A DNA stretch of 64,000 nucleotides, taken from Patescibacteria group bacterium (GTDB taxonomy: Bacteria; Patescibacteriota; Patescibacteriia; UBA2591; UBA6264). This document shows, one piece after another, positions 39,183 to 47,446 of the stretch; within the stretch, counting starts at the first letter, position 1; each line of letters begins with the position of its first letter. The stretch is from assembly GCA_021735685.1 (NCBI GenBank), contig JAIPGN010000001.1, positions 111,669-175,668 on the forward strand, read 5' to 3'. Position numbers and translations under genes: made by a program. The notes under the pieces are model-generated. The model made no database searches. It saw only the letters and a program-made list of their open reading frames with translations, and had not been told where the DNA came from.

Positions 39183-39923
39183 ATGAAAACAAAAATACAA
39201 GGCAAAGAGTCGGTCATGGATTATTATCAAGATGATGAGGTGGCCTCGAAATACATAGAGCAAAGATATAGCTCTCTTTTTGGAAAACTAAGGAATGAAA
39301 TAGAGATTAAAGTCATCAATTCTTTTTTGAAATATTTAAATCCTAAAACGACCTTAGATTTGGCTACAGGCACAGGAAGAATAACTAAAAGTTTGAAAAA
39401 CTATGGCCAGGGTTATGCACTTGATACGAGTGGAGAAATGTTAGAACACGCTAAAAAGGATATAAATAATTGGACGTTAAGAAAATCAGATGCATTTGAT
39501 ACGCAATTTGAGGATAATTTTTTTGATGTTGTTATATCAACTCGCTTTATCTGGCATTTTGATAAATCTAATAGAATTAAGTTATTTGCAGAAATCCGCA
39601 GAATATTAAAAGATAATGGTCACCTTATTTTTGACTTCCCAAACGCAAATATAAAAAGATTTATTCGAAAAAAGGCAAAAATAGGCTTCAAAAGAATTTA
39701 TACTCAATCCTGGACCACGGCAGGAATCAAAGAAGAATTGTTTAAGAATAATTTTCAGATTGTCTCCATAAAAGGCATTTTGCATAATCCTAAAATATTG
39801 CGTAATATGTCTGACAAATCGAGTTCCATGGTTAATTTTTTTAAAATGAAATTGGCAAATATATTAAGTCGCAAAGAGGCTTATAATTATGTAGTTCTTG
39901 CCATAAAGACTAAAGAGAGTTGA
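39183..39923 (+). CDS. class I SAM-dependent methyltransferase (type 11/12, small-molecule or RNA type)
   Basis: Motif I 'LDLATGTGRIT' and the post-I acidic 'ALDTS' are present. It is not a DNA MTase (no DPPY/NPPY or TRD). The start is uncertain: ATG at 39183 or 39216. The track's ORF uses a TTG start at 39138. Confidence 0.65.
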   Translation: MKTKIQGKESVMDYYQDDEVASKYIEQRYSSLFGKLRNEIEIKVINSFLKYLNPKTTLDLATGTGRITKSLKNYGQGYALDTSGEMLEHAKKDINNWTLRKSDAFDTQFEDNFFDVVISTRFIWHFDKSNRIKLFAEIRRILKDNGHLIFDFPNANIKRFIRKKAKIGFKRIYTQSWTTAGIKEELFKNNFQIVSIKGILHNPKILRNMSDKSSSMVNFFKMKLANILSRKEAYNYVVLAIKTKES

Positions 39924-40072
39924 ATCATGGGAAAATAAGAATAATTTACCTTTAATTAAAATTGTTTTATGCCTCCTGGAGGCATCACCAAAAATTTTTA
40001 CGGGATGAATGATATTACGCAAGAGTTTCATAAGTTATTAGATTTAGTGAAAGATAAGTTAATTTTTATCTT

Positions 40073-40228
40073 ATGAGCATTAATAAATTTCCTTATCAAA
40101 TTCATCTATGTTTGGGAATTATTTGGATTCTGGTCGGAATATTTTTTCATTCAGGGATAGAGCTAATCGTCTGGACGATTGGTGGTCTAGTGATGATTGT
40201 GATTGGTTTGATAAACAAAGGCTCTTGA
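40073..40228 (+). CDS. possible small membrane protein (51 aa, 2 TM), not in the ORF track
   Basis: ATG...TGA frame encoding MSINKFPYQIHLCLGIIWILVGIFFHSGIELIVWTIGGLVMIVIGLINKGS, with two hydrophobic helices. It is below the 60-aa track cutoff. Confidence 0.2.
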   Translation: MSINKFPYQIHLCLGIIWILVGIFFHSGIELIVWTIGGLVMIVIGLINKGS

Positions 40229-40240
40229 GAGAAAATCAAG

Positions 40241-41053
40241 ATGATATTAAAAGAAATTGAGGCAAAATCAATTATCGTTAAATCAAATCTCCCGGAGGGG
40301 GATTTCGTTATTAATCCTTATACTGGTTGTGGTCACGCTTGTCTTTATTGTTATGCTAGGTTTATGAAGAGATTTACTAATCACTCTGAATCTTGGGGAG
40401 ACTTTATCGATATAAAAATTAATGCTCCAAACTTAATTCCCGAAAATACTGAAAAATTCAAGAACAAATCAATAGTCTTTGGCTCGGTGACAGATGCTTA
40501 TCAGCCATTAGAGGGGAAGTATAAGTTAACTCGGCAAATTCTTCAAAAGTTAATACCATTACAGCCGAATTTGGATATTATTACCAAGTCAAACCTTGTT
40601 TTGAGAGATATTGATTTATTGAAACAATTTGACAATTGCACAGTCGCTATTTCTGCTTCTTTTCTAGACGAAAAGGTTAAGAATAAATTAGAGCCTCAAT
40701 CAATTGCCACAAAAAAGAGGATAGATATCCTAAAACAATTGCGTAAAGCCGGTATCAAAACCGTTTTGTTTGTCTCGCCAATTTTTCCTGAAATTAGTGA
40801 TTGGAAAAAATTAACAGATTCAACTCAAGATTTCGTTAATCAGTATTGGTTTGAAAGTTTAAATCTTTATCCATCAATCAGAAAAGAGGTTTATAAATTT
40901 TTAAAAGGATATAATCCCGATTTAATCTCTAGATATAAAGAGATTTATTCTTCTAATAGTCATTATTGGGATAGAACAGAAGACGAAATACAAGATTATT
41001 GTAAGCAAAATAAATTGGATTATCGAATTTATTTTCATCACAAGAGTAAATAA
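40241..41053 (+). CDS. radical SAM protein, spore-photoproduct-lyase/'DNA repair photolyase' (SplB, COG1533)-like
   Basis: 'NPYTGCGHACLYCYARF' is a CX3CX2C radical-SAM cluster motif embedded in the SPL-family context. 270 aa. Confidence 0.65.
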   Translation: MILKEIEAKSIIVKSNLPEGDFVINPYTGCGHACLYCYARFMKRFTNHSESWGDFIDIKINAPNLIPENTEKFKNKSIVFGSVTDAYQPLEGKYKLTRQILQKLIPLQPNLDIITKSNLVLRDIDLLKQFDNCTVAISASFLDEKVKNKLEPQSIATKKRIDILKQLRKAGIKTVLFVSPIFPEISDWKKLTDSTQDFVNQYWFESLNLYPSIRKEVYKFLKGYNPDLISRYKEIYSSNSHYWDRTEDEIQDYCKQNKLDYRIYFHHKSK

Positions 41054-41148
41054 GAATTTTGTTTGCAAATGGTTGATCTCTGGAGTTAATCAATAAAAAT
41101 TCAATTATCAAAGAGTTAAGCATAAATTATTTTGTTAATTAATCATTT

Positions 41149-41535
41149 ATGAGAGTTGCAATCAGCGCTGTAATTATTGAGGATAAAAAACTTTTATTAG
41201 TAAAAAAAAGGAAAACATGGATATTACCTGGGGGAAAACCAGAAGAGAATGAAACCGATTTAGAATGCCTCCGAAGAGAAGTTGAAGAAGAGTTATCTGG
41301 AACAAAATTGAGCAATATTAAATATTACAATAGTTTTGAGGGCAGAACTCCTCATAAAGGAGATATTCTTCGAGCCAAGGTATACTTTGCAAATATTGAT
41401 GGACAACTACATCTTCCGTCTAAAGAGATTACAGATTCTCAGTGGGTAGATGATTTTTTAAAATATAATTTGTCGGACATTACTATGAAAATTGTAAATT
41501 TTTTAAAAAAAGATAAATATTTAAATAAAGCATAG
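41149..41535 (+). CDS. Nudix hydrolase
   Basis: The Nudix box 'GGKPEENETDLECLRREVEEELSG' (GX5EX7REUXEEXGU) is present. Confidence 0.85.
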   Translation: MRVAISAVIIEDKKLLLVKKRKTWILPGGKPEENETDLECLRREVEEELSGTKLSNIKYYNSFEGRTPHKGDILRAKVYFANIDGQLHLPSKEITDSQWVDDFLKYNLSDITMKIVNFLKKDKYLNKA

Positions 41536-41594
41536 GTCGAATTGACGGGAAACATGGAAAGATAAATAAAAATTTTAATAAAAATTATAACCCA

Positions 41595-42830
41595 ATGACC
41601 CAACAGCAAGCACTTAAAATCTTGAAATCTGGAGTAAATGTTTTTTTAACAGGTTCGGCGGGAACAGGAAAAACCTTTTTGTTAAATCAATTCATTTCAT
41701 ATCTAAGGAAATCTAATAAGAAAATTGGTATAACGGCCTCTACAGGAATTGCTGCTACTCATCTTGAGGGCCGAACAATTCATTCTTGGTCGGGGATTGG
41801 CATAAAAAAAGAAATGGATGAAAAATCTTTAAAGCACATCGCCAAAAATAAGAGAATCAACAAAAGAATTAAAGAGACACAGACTTTGATTATTGATGAA
41901 ATATCAATGCTAGATGCTAATCGATTGACCTTAGTTGATCGAGTTTGCAAAAAAATTAAAGACCCCTTCCTTCCTTTCGGGGGTCTGCAAATAATAATGT
42001 GCGGTGATTTTTTTCAGCTTCCTCCAGTAAGCCAGGGAGAAAAGTCGCAATTTGCTTATGAGTCACCAGTTTGGCAAAATTCAAATATTAGGGTTTGCTA
42101 TCTTAGTAAGCAGTTTCGCCAAAATGATTCCGCATTTACTGACATTTTGAATAAAATTAGAGAAAATAAGGCTGGTTTAGAAGAGTTAAATTTATTAAAG
42201 ACACGGTTAAACCAATCTATAAATCTTTCTGTAAGACCCACTCAGCTATACACGCACAATGTTAAAGTTGACATAATCAACGATTTGGAATTATCCAGAA
42301 TTCCCAAAAAAGAAATGACTTATTATATGATCGGTCAAGGAGAAAAGCGCTTAGTTGATCTTTTGAAAAAGAATTGTTTAGCTCCCGAAGAATTGAAATT
42401 GAAAATTGGAGCGATGGTAATGTTTGTTAAGAATAATTTTGAGGCCGGTTATGTTAATGGCACCCTTGGTAAGGTGGTTGATTATGATGATGATAAATGT
42501 CCGATTATTGAGACAACTTCTGGTCAACACATTATAGCTTCTCCTGTTACTTGGAATATGGAAGAAAATAATGAGGTTGTTGCGAGCGTTAAGCAGGTTC
42601 CTCTACGTTTAGCTTGGGCTATTACTGTTCACAAGAGTCAAGGTATGAGCCTAGATGCTGCGGAAATTGATTTGTCAAAATCATTTGAACACGGCATGGG
42701 CTATGTGGCCTTGTCTAGAATAAGAAGATTAGATAATGTTAGATTGATGGGTATTAATCAAATAGCTTTACGAGTTAGCCCAGAAGTTGTAGAGAAAGAT
42801 AAAGAATTCAAAAAATTATCAGAAATATAA
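41595..42830 (+). CDS. Pif1/RecD-like SF1 5'-3' DNA helicase (compact, 411 aa)
   Basis: Walker A 'VFLTGSAGTGKTFLL', 'LIIDEISML' (Walker B) and 'GDFFQLPPV' (motif III typical of Pif1/RecD) are present, along with a C-terminal 'VHKSQGMSLD' motif V/VI region. Confidence 0.75.
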   Translation: MTQQQALKILKSGVNVFLTGSAGTGKTFLLNQFISYLRKSNKKIGITASTGIAATHLEGRTIHSWSGIGIKKEMDEKSLKHIAKNKRINKRIKETQTLIIDEISMLDANRLTLVDRVCKKIKDPFLPFGGLQIIMCGDFFQLPPVSQGEKSQFAYESPVWQNSNIRVCYLSKQFRQNDSAFTDILNKIRENKAGLEELNLLKTRLNQSINLSVRPTQLYTHNVKVDIINDLELSRIPKKEMTYYMIGQGEKRLVDLLKKNCLAPEELKLKIGAMVMFVKNNFEAGYVNGTLGKVVDYDDDKCPIIETTSGQHIIASPVTWNMEENNEVVASVKQVPLRLAWAITVHKSQGMSLDAAEIDLSKSFEHGMGYVALSRIRRLDNVRLMGINQIALRVSPEVVEKDKEFKKLSEI

Positions 42831-42879
42831 ATTATGAATTTTTTTAAGGGTCAGATTTTTAAGTATAAAAATAAAAAAT

Positions 42880-44076
42880 ATGAAAAAAATATATTTAGAT
42901 TATAGTGCGACCACTCCTGTGGATCGAAGGGTGATGAAATCGATGCAACCTTATTTTTCTAAAACATTTGCCAATGCTTCTAGTTTGCATAGTGCCGGAA
43001 AATTAGCTCAACAAGCTCTTGTTGACTCTCGTCAAAAAATAGCTAATTTACTGGGAGTTTCTCCAGAAGAAATTATTTTTACAGCTAGTGGGAGCGAAGC
43101 TAATAATTTAGCTTTCAAAGGTATTTTTAATGCTATAGACCTACCAAAGAAACATATTATCACTTCTTCAATTGAGCATTCTGCTGTTTTGAATCCAGCT
43201 CGTTTTTTAGAAGGGCAAGGGGCTCAAGTAACTTATTTGGGTGTTAGTCAAGAAGGAATCATAGATTTAGGAAAATTAAAAAATTCTCTTAAGCCCCAAA
43301 CTGTTTTAATTTCCATTATGCACGCTAATAATGAAATGGGGGCAATTCAGCCTCTTGCTGAGATTGGCGAAATCATTAAACAGGAAAAAGAAAAAAGAAA
43401 AAAAGAGAAAAATAATTATCCTCTTTATTTTCACACAGACGCTGTACAAACTTTGGGGCATCTTCCTTTTCTGGCTCAGAAGTGGGGCGTTGATTTATTC
43501 TCGGGGTCAGCTCATAAATTATATGGACCCAAGGGAGTTGGATTGCTTTATTTAAAAAAAGGCATTAAAATTATTCCTCTTTTTCATGGCGGAGCTCATG
43601 AAAATGGAAAGCGAGCTTCAACCGAAAATATTCCGGGAATCGTTGGTTTTGCTCGCGCTCTAGAGTTGGCTTATCAAGAAATGGATTCAGAGGTAAAGCG
43701 TTTAAAAAAGTTGAGAGATTATTTAATTGAAAGTGTTTTGAAAAAAATAGAAAACTCTTGTCTTAATGGGCCGCAAGCTCAAAGATTGCCCAATAATGCT
43801 AATTTAAGTTTTGCTGGAGTAGAGGGAGAGGCTTTGTTAATGTATTTAGATCGTCAACAAATTTATTGCTCTACGGGTTCAGCTTGTTCGTCGGCAAGTT
43901 TAGCACCATCACATGTTTTAACTGCCCTAAACCTTCCTCCAGAGATATCTCATTCTTCTTTGCGTTTTTCTTTGGGGCGCTGGACTAATAAAAAAGAAAT
44001 AGATTATCTTTTAGAAAAATTAATTTTAGCCGTTAAGAACTTGAGAGAAATTTCTGCTTTAAAGATCAATTACTAA
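42880..44076 (+). CDS. iscS: cysteine desulfurase (IscS/NifS class)
   Basis: The PLP-lysine block 'SGSAHKLYGPKGVG' and the active-site Cys loop 'GSACSS' are present. A K/E-rich insertion is also seen. Confidence 0.85.
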   Translation: MKKIYLDYSATTPVDRRVMKSMQPYFSKTFANASSLHSAGKLAQQALVDSRQKIANLLGVSPEEIIFTASGSEANNLAFKGIFNAIDLPKKHIITSSIEHSAVLNPARFLEGQGAQVTYLGVSQEGIIDLGKLKNSLKPQTVLISIMHANNEMGAIQPLAEIGEIIKQEKEKRKKEKNNYPLYFHTDAVQTLGHLPFLAQKWGVDLFSGSAHKLYGPKGVGLLYLKKGIKIIPLFHGGAHENGKRASTENIPGIVGFARALELAYQEMDSEVKRLKKLRDYLIESVLKKIENSCLNGPQAQRLPNNANLSFAGVEGEALLMYLDRQQIYCSTGSACSSASLAPSHVLTALNLPPEISHSSLRFSLGRWTNKKEIDYLLEKLILAVKNLREISALKINY

Positions 44077-44092
44077 TATTTAATGAGTATTT

Positions 44093-44479
44093 ATGTCTAA
44101 TCATTTTCAAGACAATGATAAAATAATGGATCATTTTTTTAATCCTCGTAACTTGGGGACCATGAAAAATCCTGATGCTTTTGGGCAAGTGGGAAATCCC
44201 CGCTGTGGAGACATTATGCATATTTATTTAAAAATTGATAATGATATTATTAAAGATATTAAGTTTCAAACTTATGGTTGTGCGGTGGCTATTGCCTCTA
44301 CATCTATTTTGACTGAGATGGTTAAGGGAAAGACTTTGTCTGAAACTCAAAAAATATCAAGTCAAAGAATCAGAGAAGCTTTGGGAAAGATGCCAGCCTA
44401 TAAGCAACATTGCACGGTCTTAGCTGAACAAGCTTTAAAAAAGGCAATTGAGGATTATCAAAAAGAAAAAAATGCTTAA
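44093..44479 (+). CDS. Fe-S cluster assembly scaffold (NifU/IscU N-terminal domain type)
   Basis: 'GNPRCGDIMHIYLKI...FQTYGCAVAIAS' with three conserved Cys. 128 aa. Confidence 0.8.
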   Translation: MSNHFQDNDKIMDHFFNPRNLGTMKNPDAFGQVGNPRCGDIMHIYLKIDNDIIKDIKFQTYGCAVAIASTSILTEMVKGKTLSETQKISSQRIREALGKMPAYKQHCTVLAEQALKKAIEDYQKEKNA

Positions 44480-45554
44480 GGCTCAAAATCAAAAAAAGAT
44501 AGCAGTGGCCATGTCTGGCGGAGTTGATTCATCAGTGGCTGCTTTTTTATTAAAAGAAAAAAATGGAATTAAAAATGTTTTTGGTATGACCATGCGGGCC
44601 GGACGCTTTCATCAGTTAGCGGTAGAGAGGGCTAAAATTATTTGTCAGAGATTAAAAATTACTCATTATGTGGTTAATTTAGAAAAAGAATTTCAACAAG
44701 AAATTATTAAACCTTTTGTTGATGAATATTGCCAATCACACACCCCTAATCCTTGTGTTTGGTGTAACCAGAAAATAAAATTTGGAGTTTTGTTGGAAGC
44801 TGCTCAAGAATTGGGAGCTAATTATTTAGCTACTGGACACTATGTTCGTCAAGAAAGTAAAGAGGGTAATTATATTTTAAGAAAAGCCCTCTCTTCCAAA
44901 AAAGATCAATCTTATTTTCTTTATCGTTTGAATCAAAAGCAGTTAAGTTCAGCAATTTTTCCTTTAGGAATTTACTCTAAGGAGGAGGTTAAGGAAACGG
45001 CCCAAAATAATAGTTTATCTTTTGAAAAACAAAAAGAATCTCAAGACATTTGTTTTTTGCCGGATAATGATTATCGAAAACTTTTGCAAAGAGACTCTTC
45101 TGTTTTTGTGCCTGCGGGGAGTTTTAAAGATTTAGAGGGTAATGTTTTAGGGCGACATCAAGGTTTACCTTTTTATACTATTGGTCAGAGAAAAGGTTTG
45201 ATTTCTGGACAAAAGGAACCTTTTTATGTTTTAGAGATTAATCAAGAAAAAAACGAGATTATCCTCGGTCCGGAAAAATATTTATATCAAAAAAAATTAA
45301 AATTTGAAAATTGTTCTTGGGTTAACCCTTCTTTTGTTTTAAAAAACAAAGAAGAGTCTTTTTTTCTTGATCAAATCAGGGGTAAAATTAGATACCAACA
45401 TCCAGTTGCTCAAATTGAAAATTTTAATCTTAGTAACAATCTCAAACAAGGAGAAGTTAGATTCAAAAGTCCGCAGCGAGCCATTACTCCTGGTCAATCT
45501 GTGGTTTTTTATCTTCAGGATCAAGTTTTAGGAGGAGGTTTTATCAGCAAATAA
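44472..45554 (+). CDS. mnmA: tRNA-specific 2-thiouridylase MnmA
   Basis: The PP-loop 'IAVAMSGGVDSSVAAFLL' and catalytic Cys residues are present. The start was placed at the internal ATG overlapping the nifU stop by 8 nt. Confidence 0.85.
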   Translation: MLKAQNQKKIAVAMSGGVDSSVAAFLLKEKNGIKNVFGMTMRAGRFHQLAVERAKIICQRLKITHYVVNLEKEFQQEIIKPFVDEYCQSHTPNPCVWCNQKIKFGVLLEAAQELGANYLATGHYVRQESKEGNYILRKALSSKKDQSYFLYRLNQKQLSSAIFPLGIYSKEEVKETAQNNSLSFEKQKESQDICFLPDNDYRKLLQRDSSVFVPAGSFKDLEGNVLGRHQGLPFYTIGQRKGLISGQKEPFYVLEINQEKNEIILGPEKYLYQKKLKFENCSWVNPSFVLKNKEESFFLDQIRGKIRYQHPVAQIENFNLSNNLKQGEVRFKSPQRAITPGQSVVFYLQDQVLGGGFISK

Positions 45555-45632
45555 TTTATTAAAGATAAATTTAATTTATTTTTTTAATAAAAAAGCACAG
45601 AGACTAATTCCCTGTGGTTTTTTAAGTAAAGA

Positions 45633-45717
45633 TGGTGCCGAAGGTGGGACTTGAACCCACAAGCCTTACGGCACATGGTCCTAAACCATGCGTGTTTACC
45701 AATTTCACCACTTCGGC
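45633..45717 (-). tRNA. tRNA-Leu (anticodon TAG), 85 nt with long variable arm, CCA encoded
   Basis: The reverse complement folds as acceptor GCCGAAG/CTTCGGC, a D-arm, anticodon stem CATGG with loop TTTAGGA, a 14-nt variable arm and T-arm GTGGG-TTCAAGT-CCCAC, then A-CCA. Confidence 0.8.
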
Positions 45718-45791
45718 CCTAAATAAATAATGTGGAGTTTTAACCTCCACATAGTATTGACTTGGGAGTTGAGCTCCTAAGTAATTAAAGA

Positions 45792-45878
45792 TGGTGCCGG
45801 AGGCGGGACTTGAACCCGCACGGACTTGCGTCCACAAGATTTTAAGTCTTGCGTGTCTACCAATTTCACCACCCCGGC
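45792..45878 (-). tRNA. tRNA-Leu (anticodon TAA), 87 nt with long variable arm, CCA encoded
   Basis: The reverse complement is GCCGGGGTGGTGAAATTGGTAGACACGCAAGA-CTTAAAA-TCTTG..GGTTCAAGTCC..CTCCGGC-A-CCA. Its D-arm is almost identical to the neighbouring tRNA-Leu. Confidence 0.8.
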
Positions 45879-45973
45879 TACTTTTTACAACTTTAATTTT
45901 AATCAGATAATCTAAAAATGTCAACATTGTCAGAAATGTTTTTTTTTGCTAAGATAATATTATTAGAGTCTTT

Positions 45974-46046
45974 GCCGGGGTAGCTCAGGGGCCAGAGCAA
46001 TAGTTTTGTAAACTATCGGTCGTGGGTTCGAATCCCACCCCCGGCT
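45974..46046 (+). tRNA. tRNA-Thr (anticodon TGT)
   Basis: GCCGGGG-TA-GCTCAGGGGCCAGAGC-A-ATAGT-TTTGTAA-ACTAT-CGGTC-GTGGGTTCGAATCCCAC-CCCCGGC-T. The cloverleaf fits. CCA is not encoded. Confidence 0.8.
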
Positions 46047-46073
46047 CTCTACTAAAAAATAAAAAATAAATTT

Positions 46074-46229
46074 ATGTCTCAAGCAAATTTGATCAAATTA
46101 GAATGCAGTGAATGTCATCGCATCAATTATTATTCTCAAAAAAATAAGAAGACTAATAAAGATAGATTAGAGCTTAAAAAGTATTGTCGTTGGTGCAAAA
46201 AACACACCTTGCATAAAGAAACTAAATAA
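46074..46229 (+). CDS. rpmG: 50S ribosomal protein L33 (zinc-ribbon form), missed by the ORF track
   Basis: Translates to [51 protein letters not shown] (51 aa). This fits the L33 pattern with CxxC...CxxC. It sits between tRNA-Thr and tRNA-Trp, a common rpmG context. Confidence 0.8.
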   Translation: MSQANLIKLECSECHRINYYSQKNKKTNKDRLELKKYCRWCKKHTLHKETK

Positions 46230-46241
46230 AAACAAAAAAAA

Positions 46242-46314
46242 GGGGGCGTGGTGAAGTGGTATCATAAGAGTCTCCAAAACTTTTGTCAGAGGTTCGATTC
46301 CTCTCGCCCCTGCC
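46242..46314 (+). tRNA. tRNA-Trp (anticodon CCA)
   Basis: GGGGGCG-TG-GTGAAGTGGTATCAT-AAGAG-TCTCCAAAA-CTTTT..GAGGTTCGATTCCTC-TCGCCCCT-G-CC. The anticodon loop CTCCAAA gives CCA. It closely resembles canonical bacterial tRNA-Trp. Confidence 0.8.
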
Positions 46315-46333
46315 TCGTTAAATCTTGATAATT

Positions 46334-47437
46334 ATGGCTGATTATTACGAAACTTTAGGAGTTGAAAAAAATGCTTCTGCTGCGGAAATCAAGAAAGCTT
46401 TTCGTCGACTTGCTCAAAAATATCATCCTGATAAAGCCAAGGGAGATGCTCAGAAATTTAAAGAAGTAAATTCTGCTTATCGCACTCTTTCGGATCCAGA
46501 AAAACGCCGCATGTATGACCAATATGGTCCTAAATTTGAACAAGCTCAAAATAAAGGAGGCTTTTCTGGTTTTGATTTTAATGATTTTGCTTCTTATGCT
46601 AACGCTCAGAGAGAGTCTGGTTCACAAAAAGGTTTTGATTTCGGGGGAACTGGGTTTGAAGACATATTTGAAAATTTATTTGGCGGATCGGTTAATTTTA
46701 ATCAAGGGCGCGGAAGATCTTCTTTTGCGGGAAGGGATTTACAGATTCGGCTTTTGATTGAATTCAAAGAAGCTATTTTTGGAGCTGAAAAAGAATTGCG
46801 TTTTGAGCGTTATGTGCGTTGTCCCAAGTGTCAAGGACAAGGAGCAGAACCAGGTAGTAAAATGAAGACTTGCCCAACTTGTCATGGACAAGGTCAAATA
46901 ACTCAGAGCCAGTCTACCTTTTTAGGTAATTTTAGAACTAGAAAAATTTGCCCAGAGTGTCGAGGTCAAGGAAAGATTTCTGAAAAAAAATGTCGTTATT
47001 GCCATGGGCAAGGTCGGGTTAAGGAGTTCTCTAAAGTAAAAATTAAAATTCCGGCTGGAGTTCATGATCAGCAAGTTATTCGTTTTCACGGTCAAGGAGA
47101 AGCAGGTCAATGGGGATCGGAGGCTGGAGATTTATATGTTATTGTTGCTATTAAATCGGATTCTTTCTTTAGTCGTCAAGGAAACAATATTCTTTCTCAA
47201 GAAGAAATATCTATTTCTCAAGCAGTTTTGGGAGACAAAATCAAAGTTCGCACTTTATACGGAAACGTTAAATTAAAAATTCCACCCGGAACATCTTCGG
47301 GCCAAGAGTTTCGTTTGCGTGGCAAGGGAGTAGCTAAGCAAGGAGACCAAATTGTTAAAATAAAGATCAAAATTCCTCAGCGCTTAACGTCTAGTCAGAA
47401 AAAAATATTGGACAAATTGCGTGAAGAGGGGTTATAA
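46334..47437 (+). CDS. dnaJ: molecular chaperone DnaJ
   Basis: The J-domain has 'YHPDKAKGD' (HPD). A G/F-rich linker is followed by four CxxCxGxG zinc-finger repeats (CPKCQGQG, CPTCHGQG, CPECRGQG, CRYCHGQG). Confidence 0.9.
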   Translation: MADYYETLGVEKNASAAEIKKAFRRLAQKYHPDKAKGDAQKFKEVNSAYRTLSDPEKRRMYDQYGPKFEQAQNKGGFSGFDFNDFASYANAQRESGSQKGFDFGGTGFEDIFENLFGGSVNFNQGRGRSSFAGRDLQIRLLIEFKEAIFGAEKELRFERYVRCPKCQGQGAEPGSKMKTCPTCHGQGQITQSQSTFLGNFRTRKICPECRGQGKISEKKCRYCHGQGRVKEFSKVKIKIPAGVHDQQVIRFHGQGEAGQWGSEAGDLYVIVAIKSDSFFSRQGNNILSQEEISISQAVLGDKIKVRTLYGNVKLKIPPGTSSGQEFRLRGKGVAKQGDQIVKIKIKIPQRLTSSQKKILDKLREEGL

Positions 47438-47446
47438 TTCTTATAT

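Noticed and set aside
45622-45927. A 101-aa ORF on the minus strand.
   Set aside because: It completely overlaps the two tRNA-Leu genes. The sequence folds as canonical tRNAs.
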